Shown here piece after piece: positions 20,408 through 29,326 of a DNA stretch of 64,000 nucleotides (its first letter is position 1; every line of letters starts with the position of its first letter). The position numbers were made by a program, and so were the translations under genes. Source of the stretch: an uncultured virus (IMG/VR IMGVR_UViG_3300020473_000027) (taxonomy: Duplodnaviria; Heunggongvirae; Uroviricota; Caudoviricetes); the IMG/VR virus record IMGVR_UViG_3300020473_000027. One strand, written 5' to 3'. Under the pieces are notes generated by a model. The model worked only from the letters and a program-made list of their open reading frames with translations. It did not search any database and was not told the origin of the DNA.

Positions 20408-20854
20408 ATGGATAATAAGAAATCAATAGATGATATTATAGAAGCATCAGATATAGCGCAATTTATATCAGAAGTTATGGCAGATGAGACAAAGATAAAT
20501 ATAAATAAAGAAGTCAAATCAAAATATACCCCAAGAGAATATGAGATGTCAAGTGCGCCAGAAAGACAAATTGAAGCTCCTGGGCTTGGGCCTCTATTAG
20601 AGGCAATAAATCCACTTAAAGCAGGTAGCCTTATGGTAGCTGGTACTCCAAGGTTTGAAAATTTAATTAAAGTTCTTTCGAGAGCTAAACCAAAAGAGAT
20701 TCTAATGAAGAGTAATTATAAAAAGCTTTTGGATGATATAACAGAGCAAGGATACCCAAGAGAGGGTACATTGACAGATATTAAAGATATTAGTAAAGCA
20801 AATGATCCAGGAACAGCAGAGGCTATCCGTATTTTATTAGAGTCAATTAAATAA
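20408..20854 (+). CDS. Hypothetical protein, paralogue of 19738
   Basis: Shares 'KSIDDII' and 'PERQIEAPGLGPL'. Confidence 0.6.
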   Translation: MDNKKSIDDIIEASDIAQFISEVMADETKININKEVKSKYTPREYEMSSAPERQIEAPGLGPLLEAINPLKAGSLMVAGTPRFENLIKVLSRAKPKEILMKSNYKKLLDDITEQGYPREGTLTDIKDISKANDPGTAEAIRILLESIK

Positions 20855-21085
20855 TTAAAAAAGTTTTTTATCTTCTCTTCGTTGTCTCTTCATAAGGAGG
20901 CGGGTTTTCTTCTTTTCCCGCCTCTTTTTTTCAGATTGCTTCTCGTAGTGCCGTCTCTCCTTCAGTTCTTCCATCACCCCACTATCATTAAATACCCTTT
21001 TAAAGCGCGAAATTAGCCGTTGTACGCTTTCATTTTTCTTTTTTGATACTTCTACTGGCTTAGCTTGTAAAGTTTCTAATTTCAT
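20855..21085 (-). CDS. rpsU: Phage-encoded ribosomal protein bS21
   Basis: 'V...NES..RLI.RFKR.....GV.EELKERRHYEK.SEKKRR' bS21 signature. Confidence 0.88.
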   Translation of the reverse strand: MKLETLQAKPVEVSKKKNESVQRLISRFKRVFNDSGVMEELKERRHYEKQSEKKRREKKKTRLLMKRQRREDKKLF

Positions 21086-21375
21086 ACAACCTCCGTATTG
21101 TCGTTATAAAAAATGTTATACTCATCATAATTATTATCATACCAGTCAAGGCTTGGTCTTTTATTGTTTTTTCCACAGCTACCAGATCCAGCATTAGATG
21201 GTGAGCACCTGCAAAGCGAGTAAAAATAGTTTGGAATTTTATATTCTTCCTTGTAGTATTTTTTATATAAAATATTAACCATATCCAGAAATGGCATCAA
21301 AGGTCTCTTACAGTAACTACATCTGTATAATAACCTCACCTTATTTCCATCTTCTGTAACCTTGTAAATCGTCAA
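21082..21375 (-). CDS. Hypothetical Cys-containing protein
   Basis: ORF overlapping neighbours by 4 nt; CxxC; GGAG SD. Confidence 0.5.
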   Translation of the reverse strand: MTIYKVTEDGNKVRLLYRCSYCKRPLMPFLDMVNILYKKYYKEEYKIPNYFYSLCRCSPSNAGSGSCGKNNKRPSLDWYDNNYDEYNIFYNDNTEVV

Positions 21376-22715
21376 CCAAGCTCCTCCAACTCAAGTTGTT
21401 TCTTATCTATTTCATGGCTTGTTGCTGACTGTAGGTCATCGAATAATTTGCAACTATCACCAGAATAACCTACTTCTACTGATCCAGTAGTACCATATCT
21501 ATTCTTAGATACCACTAATTGCAATTCATTCTCAGTCCATATACGACCATCAGAATCTTCTTCACCATATCTTGATATATATGGATAGTGGGTAAATGCT
21601 ACTATTTCAGCATCTTGTTCTAAGTTTCCAGACTCAGCAAGGTCTGATAGCCTTGGTACTGCGTCAACGCGATATTCAATATTTCTATTTAACTGAGATA
21701 TAAGCATAACACACATATCTTCTGCTTTAGCAAGCCATTTATATTGCTTTGTTGTCTCCCCAATCTTATGTCTTAAGTCACGTCTGTCATTTGATGAATA
21801 CTCGATTAGACCGATATGGTCATCTATCACAACATCAGGATTAACATTCTTTATCTCATGGAAAGTATCTGATAATGTTCTTATATCATCAAACATAAAT
21901 AGTTTATCTGTGTAGTTTTTGTGTATAAAATCCATAGCTTCGTGTACCTTTGTCTTACTTGCAGGTATGCCGTGTCTTAAGTTTCTATAAGAAATAGTAT
22001 CGCCTTCCATAGCAATAAACTTTTTCATCATTTCAGTATTGGGCATTTCACGATTAAACATAGCGACTCTATATCCATTCATAACTAGATTTCTTGCTAT
22101 ATTTGCGGCAACAGTTGTCTTCCCATTAGCAGGTCTTCCAGCTATAATAGTTATCTCACCTCTTGTCATACCAGATATAACAGTATCAAACTTTTGAATA
22201 CCAGTTTTTATATTAGTCTTTCTATTGAAAATAGATTCACGAGTTTCTTCTAATAGCTCTTCCATATTAAACTCTTTAGATGGTTGTAGCTTTATAAGAT
22301 TTCCTATAAGAGTATGTGAATCATTAAGTAGATCTGTTATGTCATTTGAGTTATCTTCCGTTAATCCACTTAGTTTTTTAGAGTAGTCGCCAAGTTCTCT
22401 TCTAAGCCAATATCCGTGTAGTAATTTAGCATAATATCCTGCTCTCGATGGCGTAGCCTCGCTTGTTCCCATAGAAGTTATCTCGTATGCAATATTCTTA
22501 TCAATACTTTTTTTCTGTGGATAATTATGTGTAACAGTTACCATATCTATATGCTCTCCACGTTCATTGAGGGATAATATTGTTTCCCATATATGCCTAT
22601 GAAAATCATAATAAAAGACATTAGGATGTTCTATCCACTTTTGAGCTAAGTCTAAGTTTTCTGGTTTAATCATTAGAGAGCCAAGTAAAGCTCTTTCTGT
22701 TGATTCGTTATACAA
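21372..22715 (-). CDS. dnaB: Replicative DNA helicase, DnaB family
   Basis: 'E.ALLGSL', Walker A 'GRPANGKT', 'SQLNR', 'PRLSDLAESGNLEQDA', 'KNRYG'. Confidence 0.95.
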   Translation of the reverse strand: MYNESTERALLGSLMIKPENLDLAQKWIEHPNVFYYDFHRHIWETILSLNERGEHIDMVTVTHNYPQKKSIDKNIAYEITSMGTSEATPSRAGYYAKLLHGYWLRRELGDYSKKLSGLTEDNSNDITDLLNDSHTLIGNLIKLQPSKEFNMEELLEETRESIFNRKTNIKTGIQKFDTVISGMTRGEITIIAGRPANGKTTVAANIARNLVMNGYRVAMFNREMPNTEMMKKFIAMEGDTISYRNLRHGIPASKTKVHEAMDFIHKNYTDKLFMFDDIRTLSDTFHEIKNVNPDVVIDDHIGLIEYSSNDRRDLRHKIGETTKQYKWLAKAEDMCVMLISQLNRNIEYRVDAVPRLSDLAESGNLEQDAEIVAFTHYPYISRYGEEDSDGRIWTENELQLVVSKNRYGTTGSVEVGYSGDSCKLFDDLQSATSHEIDKKQLELEELG

Positions 22716-23415
22716 TCAATGTACCCTGCCTTTCTAATTGGTCTACTCTCGTTAAAGATATCTCGTAGTAGACTTCATCTATTTCCGAACCTATATATTT
22801 TCTATTGTTACTTATCGCAGACTCAGCAGTAGTTCCAGATCCAATGAAAGGGTCGTAAACAATTTCACCTTCGTCAGAACTTTTACTGACAAGATATGAA
22901 ATAAGCTCTACTGGCTTTTGTGTTGGATGTAATTTATTTCCTGTTCTTGCGAATGTAAATATATTAGGGTCTCTTCCTCCGTTTAACAATCGTCTTCCCT
23001 TGGTTGCGAATAATATCATTTCATACTTAGGGGCATAATCACCCTTTAAATCACCCATACTTGTATTATTCTTTTCCCATATTAATATATTCTTAATTGT
23101 AAAATGTTTCTCAAGAGATTGCTTAAATATATCTACATTATGGAAAGAACAAAACACATATATATGAGAATTGCTTTTAAGAATTCTATGCGATTCTTCA
23201 CACCAGCTATCTAACCATTCTAAATTGTCATCCCAATGTATACTTTCATACCGCTTAGCTCTATGATTACTTCTAAAATTCATACCATAAGGAGGATCAG
23301 TTATTATTAAATCTACAAATTGACTCTCCATCTTTCCCATAGTAATCATACAGTTTTCATTATGTATTTTATTTATCAACTTTTGGTGGGATTCTGTCAA
23401 GTGACTTCCTTTCAT
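22708..23415 (-). CDS. Beta-class N6-A/N4-C DNA methyltransferase
   Basis: DPPY precedes 'HPTQKP' and 'DPFIGSGTT'; start may be TTG 23379. Confidence 0.93.
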   Translation of the reverse strand: MKGSHLTESHQKLINKIHNENCMITMGKMESQFVDLIITDPPYGMNFRSNHRAKRYESIHWDDNLEWLDSWCEESHRILKSNSHIYVFCSFHNVDIFKQSLEKHFTIKNILIWEKNNTSMGDLKGDYAPKYEMILFATKGRRLLNGGRDPNIFTFARTGNKLHPTQKPVELISYLVSKSSDEGEIVYDPFIGSGTTAESAISNNRKYIGSEIDEVYYEISLTRVDQLERQGTLIV

Positions 23416-23743
23416 ATTGTTTTTTTAATCCATACGCTGAGTTTTCATTCTTTATCATACCAATGAGATACTTCAAACCATATCCTCTTTCATATAATTT
23501 TTCTTGCAGGTATTGTCTACACATTTTCCTAATAATAATATCCTGCACTTCCGTTGTCTCAGAAAAGAACGAGAATATATCCAGGTCATCAAGTGGAATA
23601 TTCTCGCTTATAGACTTAGTAGTTTCATCAATTAATTTAAGAGTAATCTTATCCCTTGTAAGTCTTTTCTTTTCTATTCTTTTGGTATAATCTTCCTTTT
23701 TTATCCTATGTCCGCAGGTAGGACACTTTCGCACTCTAGGCAT
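23369..23743 (-). CDS. Hypothetical protein with N-terminal CxxC
   Basis: 'KCPTCG'; within the replication operon. Confidence 0.55.
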   Translation of the reverse strand: MPRVRKCPTCGHRIKKEDYTKRIEKKRLTRDKITLKLIDETTKSISENIPLDDLDIFSFFSETTEVQDIIIRKMCRQYLQEKLYERGYGLKYLIGMIKNENSAYGLKKQYERKSLDRIPPKVDK

Positions 23744-24168
23744 GTTCTACTCTCCATTGGTATGTTTTTAAATGTGCTAGTATCATAATATTCAGTCTTA
23801 CCATACTTATTTCCTACAGACCACGGCCTCACACAGAAGTCACATCTGAATATACTATTCATTTCCTTAGACCTTATATTAGCTGACCTTGCCTCTTCTT
23901 CTATTAGATTATCAAAGTCAAACCAATCCTCACTGAAGTATGTTATAAGTGTTTCCATCTCTGCATATTGTTTTCTAAGATAATCGTGCTCACCTGTAAC
24001 AGTATTCGCAGCATCAGCCCTGTTTCTCTTTTTACTTGGAGGAGTCAGTTCAGAGCTTGGAGAGATTTCACCATTTCTAACCATCTCTCTAAAGGCTGGA
24101 TCACGAAAACCTCCCCGCCGTCCTCTTTTACGACCTGTGCGTCGACTTCCTTGCTCGGCTTTAACCAT
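23701..24168 (-). CDS. Hypothetical Zn-ribbon protein (start uncertain)
   Basis: Two CxxC; the long overlap with the resolvase suggests a later start. Confidence 0.5.
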   Translation of the reverse strand: MVKAEQGSRRTGRKRGRRGGFRDPAFREMVRNGEISPSSELTPPSKKRNRADAANTVTGEHDYLRKQYAEMETLITYFSEDWFDFDNLIEEEARSANIRSKEMNSIFRCDFCVRPWSVGNKYGKTEYYDTSTFKNIPMESRTCLECESVLPADIG

Positions 24169-24356
24169 TTTGCAACTCTCTTTCTAGTTTTACATTGCAG
24201 TTTGTATTCTTCTATTTTAATATCAACCTCTTGATGTTCACCCATAGACCTACCATCGGAACCCCAAGCTCTTTGTGAGCTTAGTCCATGTCTCTTAGCT
24301 ATGTCTACGCATAATCTTTCAAATCGGTTGCCTTTTGCTTTGCTCTTACTTGGCAT
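24045..24356 (-). CDS. Holliday junction resolvase-like PD-(D/E)XK nuclease
   Basis: 'SKSKAKGNRFER...D....Q.K.R'; start MPSKS after GGGGG SD. Confidence 0.8.
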   Translation of the reverse strand: MPSKSKAKGNRFERLCVDIAKRHGLSSQRAWGSDGRSMGEHQEVDIKIEEYKLQCKTRKRVAKWLKPSKEVDAQVVKEDGGEVFVIQPLERWLEMVKSLQALN

Positions 24357-24578
24357 ATCGGAACCCCCTTGCTTTTCTCCTAAGAATCCTTTCGCAGCTA
24401 ACACATATATCATTCACCTTTTCGCTTTTGAAATAATACTCTTTATGTCCACAAAGCATGACTTGTCTTTTGAGCTTTCTTAACGCCATTCGGTGTACCA
24501 GTAAAGCCCAGCTATCGTAAGGATAGCTCCTATTAATAATCCTAATAAGAATTCAGTCATTATAAGCTCCTTTCTTGC

Positions 24579-24758
24579 TTAATCGACTAATGCATCCATA
24601 TACTCTTCTTCCATCCATTTTTTACCCATATTATCCAGTTTATCGTATTTAGGGTAGCAGGATATACAGAGAACATAATTATGCAAAGCCGATAGTATAA
24701 CAGTATACTTGTCTTTATCATCCCTACATAGGGAACATTTTTTACCCTGTTTTTTCAT
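24579..24758 (-). CDS. 59-aa Zn-finger protein
   Basis: Hand translation; CSLC and CISC. Confidence 0.5.
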   Translation of the reverse strand: MKKQGKKCSLCRDDKDKYTVILSALHNYVLCISCYPKYDKLDNMGKKWMEEEYMDALVD

Positions 24759-24960
24759 TCCATTTTCCTTCCATCTCTTTACCTCTTTTCTCTATGTATT
24801 TAATTAGCTTTTCTTCATCGCCATTCATTTCTATGTAATTCTCTACAAGTACACCTAATCTTTCAAGGTAGTTCCTGTAATATTCAACCATAGAGGTAAG
24901 AAATTTTATTTCCTCTATTAGTTCTTTATATGTTTTTTTATTTTTCTTTCTTGTAGCCAT
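24742..24960 (-). CDS. Hypothetical protein
   Basis: ORF with GGAG SD. Confidence 0.55.
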   Translation of the reverse strand: MATRKKNKKTYKELIEEIKFLTSMVEYYRNYLERLGVLVENYIEMNGDEEKLIKYIEKRGKEMEGKWNEKTG

Positions 24961-24976
24961 ATTTTCTCCGTATAAA

Positions 24977-25014
24977 GGCTGGGGATATAGTTAATGTTAA
25001 TCTATTCCCCAGCC
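24977..25014. other. Intergenic GC-rich hairpin
   Basis: GGCTGGGGA pairs with TCCCCAGCC; no U-tract. Confidence 0.5.
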
Positions 25015-25113
25015 CAACCAGACAGAGAGGATAAGTTTTGCCAAACAATTTTCAATCTTTCAATTGCAACCCCAGACACCAAAAAGCCTTTCATAATTTT
25101 AGTGTTAGTAGGA

Positions 25114-25314
25114 TTAATTAGTATCCTCTCTATATTGTAAGTAAGCTTTTCTTAATCTATACCTAATCTTATTGTCTTCTCTTTCGCTTAATTTATATAT
25201 GGGTTTCTTAGGAGCAACATCTCTGTGTGCATCACACATAGCCTCTATTCCCTTATCCCATCCCATAAGCTCGGTCATAGAATCCTCTATTTTAATCCAT
25301 TCCTTTATTTTCAT
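25114..25314 (-). CDS. Hypothetical protein
   Basis: ORF in the minus-strand operon. Confidence 0.5.
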   Translation of the reverse strand: MKIKEWIKIEDSMTELMGWDKGIEAMCDAHRDVAPKKPIYKLSEREDNKIRYRLRKAYLQYREDTN

Positions 25315-25474
25315 CTATGTAACTCACGTTAAATCCGAGTCTTTCAGCTTTACCACAGATCCAGGCACAAAAATCTTCTACATCCTTATCTGTCATATCT
25401 TTACTTTTTTCTATTCTCAGTCTTTTAAGCATATGCTCAGACTCTTTTATATCTTTAAATTTTAATTCACTCAT
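25292..25474 (-). CDS. Hypothetical protein
   Basis: ORF with GAGG SD. Confidence 0.5.
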   Translation of the reverse strand: MSELKFKDIKESEHMLKRLRIEKSKDMTDKDVEDFCAWICGKAERLGFNVSYIDENKGMD

Positions 25475-25588
25475 TGTTTCCTCTCATTGCAATTGAGGAC
25501 TTAGCATAGGTGTCAATTCACTGTCTACTTATGTTTATCCAAAAGGATGTCAACGCAGAACAACTAAGCCCTCATATATCATGACGAT

Positions 25589-26188
25589 TTAGAAGGGCAA
25601 TTCCTCTTCTTTTTTCTCGCCTTCTTCCCAAGCAAATACCATAGAAGCCTTAGGTGATACCCTTTCTTCTCCTTCGCTATCAGTCCAAGTTTCGTGATAG
25701 AGCTTTGCAATCACTGGCGTACCAGCTATATCACTTTCGTCTAATTCTGGCAGATAAAACTTGCCGTCTTTTTCTTCCATATTTAAACCAAAACTATTCA
25801 CAAGTTCCATATAAGACCTATTAGAACCCATATTTTCGCTTAAATTTGGGTATTCGCTTTTACTAGGCTTCTTAAATCTAAAGAAGCCCTTGGAACGGAA
25901 ATCTCTTCCGACAAAGGTGGAACCACTTATTGATTCTCCCTTATCATCTTGATATTCCATTTCACTATTCTCTTCAGCAACCGTAAATGTTACTTCATAA
26001 ATATCTGAAAGAAATTTGTTTTTAACAACAACATTCCTCTTGATACTTAATGATTTAACATGAGCTTTATAGTCACCTTCTGGCATAGGCCCAGAGAAGT
26101 CTTGCTTCGGGTCATACCAAGAGTCTTGACTATCGGTACTGTCAAGTATCGTTCCGACATCAGCCATCTTTTTTCTCCTGTTCTTCAC
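25589..26188 (-). CDS. Putative single-stranded DNA-binding protein
   Basis: 'PMPEGDY.A.V' start of core, acidic 'EEELPF' tail; next to Sak; start probably MADV. Confidence 0.7.
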   Translation of the reverse strand: MKNRRKKMADVGTILDSTDSQDSWYDPKQDFSGPMPEGDYKAHVKSLSIKRNVVVKNKFLSDIYEVTFTVAEENSEMEYQDDKGESISGSTFVGRDFRSKGFFRFKKPSKSEYPNLSENMGSNRSYMELVNSFGLNMEEKDGKFYLPELDESDIAGTPVIAKLYHETWTDSEGEERVSPKASMVFAWEEGEKKEEELPF

Positions 26189-26801
26189 TAATTAGTTGAT
26201 CTATTCTGTTAATGACTCTTTCCAAGTCGGGTCTAACTACCTCACCATCGAACACACTCTTCATTATTTTATCTTTCCATTCTTCGGAAAGACCTTCCAT
26301 CTTCTCCTCCAGCTTTTCTATATCTTCATCCGATAAAGTAAGGTCTTGTTTTCTGTAAACATCATCGGCTATATTGCCTAATCTGTTTACTGCTCTCTTG
26401 AATCCATTAGTATTGGCACTTGCTAAATTCTTGTCTATATCGACAACATTCTCAGCCGTATGTGGCTTACCACGTCTAAATTGGACTCTCGCAGAGCCTG
26501 GGGAGAAAAACTCCCTCATTATCCCATTGTCGTTTATCCTTAGTACGCCAGTAACAATAACCCATTCAGATCCAAGGAACTGGACTGGATTATCACCAGC
26601 TGGCGACCAAGACCACGCAGGATATTCTTTCGTCAGTTCGTTACGCATATAGGCTTCGTCAACATAGTCAAAACCATCAGGTCTTGTCTTGATGTAAGCC
26701 TTAGGTGTAGTTCTCTGCGAAATATCTTTATGTTTCTTAATAAGAGATTCTTCCGTCATCTCATCTGAAACTTTAACTACTTTATTATTTTTATTAGCCA
26801 A
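26160..26801 (-). CDS. Rad52/Sak-like single-strand annealing protein
   Basis: 'IKTRPDGFDYV....L....WSW', 'ASANTNGFKRA..LG'. Confidence 0.75.
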   Translation of the reverse strand: MANKNNKVVKVSDEMTEESLIKKHKDISQRTTPKAYIKTRPDGFDYVDEAYMRNELTKEYPAWSWSPAGDNPVQFLGSEWVIVTGVLRINDNGIMREFFSPGSARVQFRRGKPHTAENVVDIDKNLASANTNGFKRAVNRLGNIADDVYRKQDLTLSDEDIEKLEEKMEGLSEEWKDKIMKSVFDGEVVRPDLERVINRIDQLISEEQEKKDG

Positions 26802-26813
26802 ATTTTGTTCTCC

Positions 26814-27689
26814 TTAAAGTGTCTCTTTAACATATGGACATACATCCCTAGCATCGCAATAGCTCTGGCATTTCTTACCTCCCCAAGTTTCTTCCTCATT
26901 ACACATTTCTGGTAACTTCTTGAGCTCTAATGCCTGAACTAATGCGTCTCTTTTGGTGGTAAATTTCTCTATTATATGGTCATTGTGTATATATGGTACA
27001 TCTACTAAATATATCTTATGCTCAATGCCGCGATCTCTCGCTGCTTGAATACCACCATCACGTACAGTTATCTGTACATACATATTTTTTATGAATTTAC
27101 CTTGTTTCTGCAACATGTATCTGTAGCAATTAATTTGCCACTCCCAATCACCAAGGTCTGCTTTTTCGGGATTGTTCCAATATCTTTTAACCTTTTTAGG
27201 CTGTCCTTTATCTCCCCACTTACCCTTTCGCAAGTACACTGCACCAGAGGGGTCATCTTCTAAATAAAAATCTACACCAAGTACCTGTGCTACTTTATAC
27301 GAGCCTGCATTCTTATAATCAATAAGAGATTCAGTCTCTTCGTCATAAAGGTCAACTATACCTGTTATATCCATTCCTTCCATTGATATCTCTGCTGATT
27401 CCTCATCTGCATTTTGTTCAAGTTTTGCATGATGCAATGTACCTGCCAGGGCAAAGGCATGCTCCTGTGGGTCAATAAAATATTCTTCTGTTCTTTTTAA
27501 ATAAGCCTCGCAAGTTCCTATTAAACATTCGGTAACGGAAGGCTTTCTATTTGGGTCTCTTTGTTTAGCCAACTCTTTTAACATTGGCATAACAATACCC
27601 ATTCTTTTGAGGTCTAGTTTTCCATTCTCAAAAATATCTTCAAACGATATATGTTCACCATCTGGGTATTTAAATCCTACTGCTGGCAT
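26814..27689 (-). CDS. Cas4/AddB-like PD-(D/E)XK exonuclease
   Basis: 'GT.HHA.LE', 'GIVDLYD', 'DYK', 'QxxxY', C-terminal C-x3-C-x5-C. Confidence 0.85.
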   Translation of the reverse strand: MPAVGFKYPDGEHISFEDIFENGKLDLKRMGIVMPMLKELAKQRDPNRKPSVTECLIGTCEAYLKRTEEYFIDPQEHAFALAGTLHHAKLEQNADEESAEISMEGMDITGIVDLYDEETESLIDYKNAGSYKVAQVLGVDFYLEDDPSGAVYLRKGKWGDKGQPKKVKRYWNNPEKADLGDWEWQINCYRYMLQKQGKFIKNMYVQITVRDGGIQAARDRGIEHKIYLVDVPYIHNDHIIEKFTTKRDALVQALELKKLPEMCNEEETWGGKKCQSYCDARDVCPYVKETL

Positions 27690-27721
27690 AATCCTTCTTT
27701 CTGTCTTGTTTTAATGTATAG

Positions 27722-27750
27722 ATAATACTAAACATAAAAAAACGAAACAA
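27722..27750 (-). promoter_or_regulatory. Sigma70-type promoter for the recombination/replication operon
   Basis: TTGTTT-17 nt-TATTAT on the minus strand. Confidence 0.65.
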
Positions 27751-27773
27751 GTTAAATTTATTATATTTTTTAC

Positions 27774-27802
27774 TTGACAGAGTGTTATTTAAGCCTTATA
27801 TT
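27774..27802 (+). promoter_or_regulatory. TTGACA-17-TATATT promoter with TTAAGCCT spacer motif, pointing into a (TA)n tract and antisense to the amidoligase
   Basis: Consensus -35; same motif at 36699, 38818, 41942. Confidence 0.7.
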
Positions 27803-27826
27803 GTTAATACTTGTTCTGGTTGGGTG

Positions 27827-27852
27827 ATATATATAATATATATATATATATA
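27827..27852. repeat. (TA)n tract
   Basis: Read directly; one AA interruption. Confidence 0.9.
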
Positions 27853-27857
27853 CTATA

Positions 27858-29018
27858 CTATATAGTAATCCAGTTACTATCAATATACTCCCTATCTTTA
27901 CTATATACTGGCTTATCAAACTTACGCACCCTTCTTATTATATACTGCTTTATATCGTCTAATTTAAGCATATCTATAAAAGCTTCTAATCCGAGGTCGT
28001 CTTCATCAAACACAAGTTTCTTAACGCTATCATCTTCCCAAGATTCAGGATCAGCATTGTCGTGTATAATCTTACTAATCTCTATTCCCTTCTGTACTAT
28101 TGATTGACATATAGTTATCCAGTTCTTTATCTTAGTAGGGTTGTTGGTTCCAGAATGATATCTAAACTCGATAGTTCCAAGATATACTCTTGCGTGTAAG
28201 TTTAATCCGTGATATCTAGAGTCATTGTACTTTTCAAAAGATGGAATTTGACCACAATTCTGATACCAACTCTGAATAAAATCGGAGTCATCATATATAC
28301 TCATTATTTGGTTTTTACCCATCGGCATTGGCTTACACCAGTTTGTGGTATGTCTTGAGTTTGGCATCATACTCATAATTGTTTTCTCAAAAGACTTCAT
28401 AACCAACATAACTCCTTTGAGTTCTTTGTAAAACAAATCTCTAGCGTCTATGTGTATATGCAATCCACAACTCCTATTCACCCAGTAATTTCCATCTTGA
28501 AGATATCCAGTCATCTTATCTATTTGATAAAACAAATGGTCTCCGTTCATAGGTTTGGATATATATTCGTAACCAACTCCATCTTCATCATTGATACTTC
28601 CATCACTACTTCTTCTCCAGTAATTATGTTGACTATCCTCATCTTCTGTGTATGGACTTATAGTTTCTATTTCAACACCAACCATTCTCTCGAATTTATT
28701 ATTTGAAAAAGTATCTCCCTCTTCTACAATAGAACCAATAATAATATCTCTATGGCTATGCAAGTCAACATCTGAACCTAAATCATCAAAGCAAGACTCG
28801 CAATACATACACTCATATGCTTCACTCCAGCAGCCGTAATCCATATGATCTCCTTCGCCACAGTTGTCGCACCAATAATAGTTTTCTTCAGAGCAGTAAT
28901 GGCAAACGACTTCTCCGTGAGGATTGCGATCTGTATCATCACTACTGAAGTCTTGTTCGCAATCGACACAAGTAAGCTGAGGTTCAGGTTGTTCAGTTGT
29001 TTGGTTTTCTGTAGGCAT
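27858..29018 (-). CDS. Putative amidoligase (COOH-NH2 ligase, glutamine-synthetase-like fold) with N-terminal CxxC repeats
   Basis: 'GVEIE', 'DGSI', 'GYEYIS.P', 'SCGLHIH', 'RY.GLN', 'GTIEFR'. Confidence 0.88.
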   Translation of the reverse strand: MPTENQTTEQPEPQLTCVDCEQDFSSDDTDRNPHGEVVCHYCSEENYYWCDNCGEGDHMDYGCWSEAYECMYCESCFDDLGSDVDLHSHRDIIIGSIVEEGDTFSNNKFERMVGVEIETISPYTEDEDSQHNYWRRSSDGSINDEDGVGYEYISKPMNGDHLFYQIDKMTGYLQDGNYWVNRSCGLHIHIDARDLFYKELKGVMLVMKSFEKTIMSMMPNSRHTTNWCKPMPMGKNQIMSIYDDSDFIQSWYQNCGQIPSFEKYNDSRYHGLNLHARVYLGTIEFRYHSGTNNPTKIKNWITICQSIVQKGIEISKIIHDNADPESWEDDSVKKLVFDEDDLGLEAFIDMLKLDDIKQYIIRRVRKFDKPVYSKDREYIDSNWITI

Positions 29019-29026
29019 ATTTCCTC

Positions 29027-29326
29027 CTATGCTATGCCATAATTAGCAGTTATTATGTAAGCAGCAAGAACGCTAATCTCTTTAAGCCATCCAAGTTTCT
29101 TAAGAGAATTATACAATTCCTCTTCATTCTCAGCAGATATATCTATACCTTCTAACATCTTAACTTGAGATTTAACATAATCCATATATTCATCATAGGA
29201 TTTATCTGCAATAAATGGATTTTTCTTTGCACGTTTGTAGAGCATCTTCATTACATAGCTCTTTGATTTTATCTGTATTGGGTCTGCTATGCCTACAAAT
29301 ACAGCTTTCTTCTTTTTTTCTACCAT
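29027..29326 (-). CDS. Hypothetical protein within the amidoligase module
   Basis: TAATG-coupled to the GATase. Confidence 0.6.
   Translation of the reverse strand: MVEKKKKAVFVGIADPIQIKSKSYVMKMLYKRAKKNPFIADKSYDEYMDYVKSQVKMLEGIDISAENEEELYNSLKKLGWLKEISVLAAYIITANYGIA

Noticed and set aside
24045..24168. 124-nt overlap between the resolvase and the next gene as dual coding
   Set aside because: More simply explained by a later start codon; the overlapping portion looks like an off-frame read.
26814..27689. Cas4-like nuclease as a sign of CRISPR-Cas
   Set aside because: No repeat-spacer array or other cas genes; it sits with Sak and SSB as a standard phage recombination module.
27811..28107. Plus-strand 98-aa ORF after the inward promoter
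   Set aside because: Translates the (TA)n tract and is antisense to a clear amidoligase; likely spurious.
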